A stretch of DNA of 63,636 nt, counting the filler, from Bipalium vagum (lineage: Eukaryota), in assembly GCA_037834085.1 (NCBI GenBank). It is 3 parts of 3 records of this genome, joined end to end, with 100 filler letters (N's around TTAATTAATTAA, not from the genome) between each part and the next. Parts side by side here need not be neighbours in the genome. Positions count along the whole stretch, not along the records: positions 36,678 to 63,636 come from JBBMKC010114407.1; 2 more parts are not named here. The stretch is one strand, 5' to 3'. How positions within the stretch are numbered: position 1 is the first letter of the stretch; each line of letters begins with the position of its first letter. A model generated the notes under the pieces. It was not told where the DNA came from and searched no databases. It saw only the letters and a program-made list of their open reading frames with translations. The translations under genes and the position numbers were made by a program. Shown here piece by piece: positions 61,660 to 63,636 of this stretch.

Positions 61660-62640
61660 GTTGTGAAAAGATTGATATTTGGAAATGCAAAGTAAATGTT
61701 GTATGAGATATGAATGAGGAAGAAATGGGAAAATATAGAAAAAATGAGAAAAGAAAGATCATGTGGAGAGAGATTGGCCGAAAGATACAAAAATTTGCAT
61801 GAAGAAAAAGAATACGACGAAGCGACTAGAGAAGATCAAGAGAGAGTATTGCGATTATTAGAGTTATTGCATCCAGGTATGAAGATATCAGAAGAACCGG
61901 GCTATCTGACATTAGAAATTTATGCAGGAATGAAGAAAATTTTGAAAAATGCGGAGAATTTCATTGATGAAGCAGGGGGTGCAAGTGATGAATTATATCT
62001 GGCACAGTTATGTGAAGGGATGGCAGAATACAGACATTTTGATTAAAGGAGCAAGCAAAACAATTGGAGAATTTTTCGGACCATGGATGCAGTTAAATCA
62101 AGGATTGTATAGTATTTTTGGAACAAAGAAAGTATCAAAATCGGGAGCAGGATCAACCACAACAGGACGATCATACAAAATACAAAATGAACAACCAGAA
62201 GTCGGACAACAGACAAGACAAGAGGAACAGTCGGAAGAGCCACGAAGAAAAAGTCAATCCGACAGGGATCAAGATCTGTGAACTATTCGTGGATGCCCAT
62301 GATTTTTTTGAATATGATGAACAAATCGAATACACTAGTAGTATACGACTTTACGAAGCCCAAAATGGGAAAAATATATTCATTGATAGACTTGGAAGAA
62401 TTCCCAGAAACATACACGACGAAATAAACTAGCAGAGATGTAGAGTATCACATTTATCAAGAAATCGAGCTTAGAAGAACCAATGTGAAAGAGTGTATTG
62501 TTAAAAATGCAAAGTTTCAGTATTATTATGGAGTCCACAATAGAATACCTTTCTTGGAAGCAACATTGATACCAGTTCCAGTGATTACAAATTCTGAAAA
62601 CTGCGAATCAGCCTTTGTAATAGGGAAGTTATAGATTCCA
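61660..62640 (+). mobile_element. Probable decayed LTR-retrotransposon gag-protease region
   Basis: Purine-rich overlapping frameshifted ORFs (61714-62432). A helical charged segment is followed by a Q/R/E-rich low-complexity linker. No diagnostic motif is intact. Confidence 0.35.
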
Positions 62641-62819
62641 GTAGGGCTCACATTGATGCAAAAGTTGACATTTAATTAATTTTCTCAGTTATTATGTTAA
62701 TTGAATTGTTTCACAAACTAAAAATAGACCTGAATTTACTTAATATTGCTAACTTTGATATAAGTGCGTCTCAACATTAATTGTTATTAAGAGATGCAAA
62801 AAATAAACAACTATTAAAT

Positions 62820-63330
62820 GTGTAGTGGTGGTCATAATTTTTTATACACCTACTTATTATTAAATCTATTCAGCAAAGGTAAAGAAACTGATTTTTAATC
62901 TTCATATAAATGTATATATAAACATTTTCTATGTTTATACCATATATTTGTAATACATACAATTAATATATTTAACAGATATATTTTATTTTCAGATACT
63001 AGTAATAAATTAAAGGCCATAATTTTTTATACACTTATATTTTTTAATAAATGAAATAACAAGAATCTATTAATTAATAACATTTCCTTTGTTAATCAAA
63101 ACCTTAGTTCTAAAACTTTGATATATTCCAACAATCGTGTTACGTTTGTCATTATTACTAGCATTTACGGCTTCATTGATTTTCATCCAGAGTTCTGTTA
63201 GGTTTTCCGGCTGATAGTCATCGTTAACTATGTCACTGATAATCTTTCAGATATTTTCCACTATATTAATATCAGTAGTTAAGAATACCGAAAATCTCGC
63301 AAGCAGGATTTTCGTTTCTCTTAAAAAATG
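62820..63330 (-). mobile_element. Tc1-like 3' end with duplicated terminal motif
   Basis: GG(T/C)CATAATTTTTTATACAC occurs at ~62830 and ~63015. Minus-strand peptide TDINIVENI*KIISDIV...PENLTELW matches the SPDLNIIEN pattern. Confidence 0.6.
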
Positions 63331-63636
63331 AGGACAAAAAAGAGTAAAAAAAATACATAAATAAGAATAATTAAAAAAAATAAGTAAAAAATAAATAAAA
63401 AAAATCATAAAAAAATAAGTAAAAAAGTAATAAAAATAACTAAATTTGAAAAAGATAAAAAATCAAATTTTTTCTTTAAAAAATATGCATAAAATTTTTT
63501 TTTAAAAAATATGAATCAAAATTTTTGTATATTTTGTCAAAAGTCTCTTTTTAAAAAAATAGAAAACGTCATGAAAACTCAAATATTCATAAAGAAAATA
63601 TTTTAGAGAAAGAGTTAGAGGAGAGAGGAGAAGAGG

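Overview
Very AT-rich animal genomic DNA read in the standard genetic code. The window is three separate sequences joined by artificial 100-nt linkers (44 N + TTAATTAATTAA + 44 N at 16610-16709 and 36578-36677), so no synteny should be inferred across them. Segment 1 (1-16609) holds a 22-exon, 3'-truncated furin-family proprotein convertase (PC5/PACE4-like, with a long Cys-rich region). Segment 2 (16710-36577) has no host gene I could recognise. It is mostly decayed and nested transposons (mariner, CGGBP-like hAT, Gypsy pol, LTR-like elements, MITEs), plus two tRNA-Ala-derived units. Segment 3 (36678-63636) holds the 5'-truncated SYK-family tyrosine kinase (11 exons seen), followed by more decayed transposons. 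Both genes mix 40-72 nt mini-introns with long introns, many of which contain transposon remnants. I found no clear-cut novel multi-gene system. The most unusual signals are: (1) tRNA-Ala-like units whose acceptor stem is extended by flanking inverted repeats; (2) a recurring ~1 kb TATA-bearing LTR-like family with a shared CAA(A/G)G(G/A)CA motif; (3) a ~320-aa SYK linker; (4) a possible intron-retention switch to a short soluble convertase; (5) a perfect-TIR mariner MITE that interrupts a Gypsy pol motif. Exon models were built by eye from GT-AG sites and frame continuity. No database searches were run, and family comparisons are from memory.
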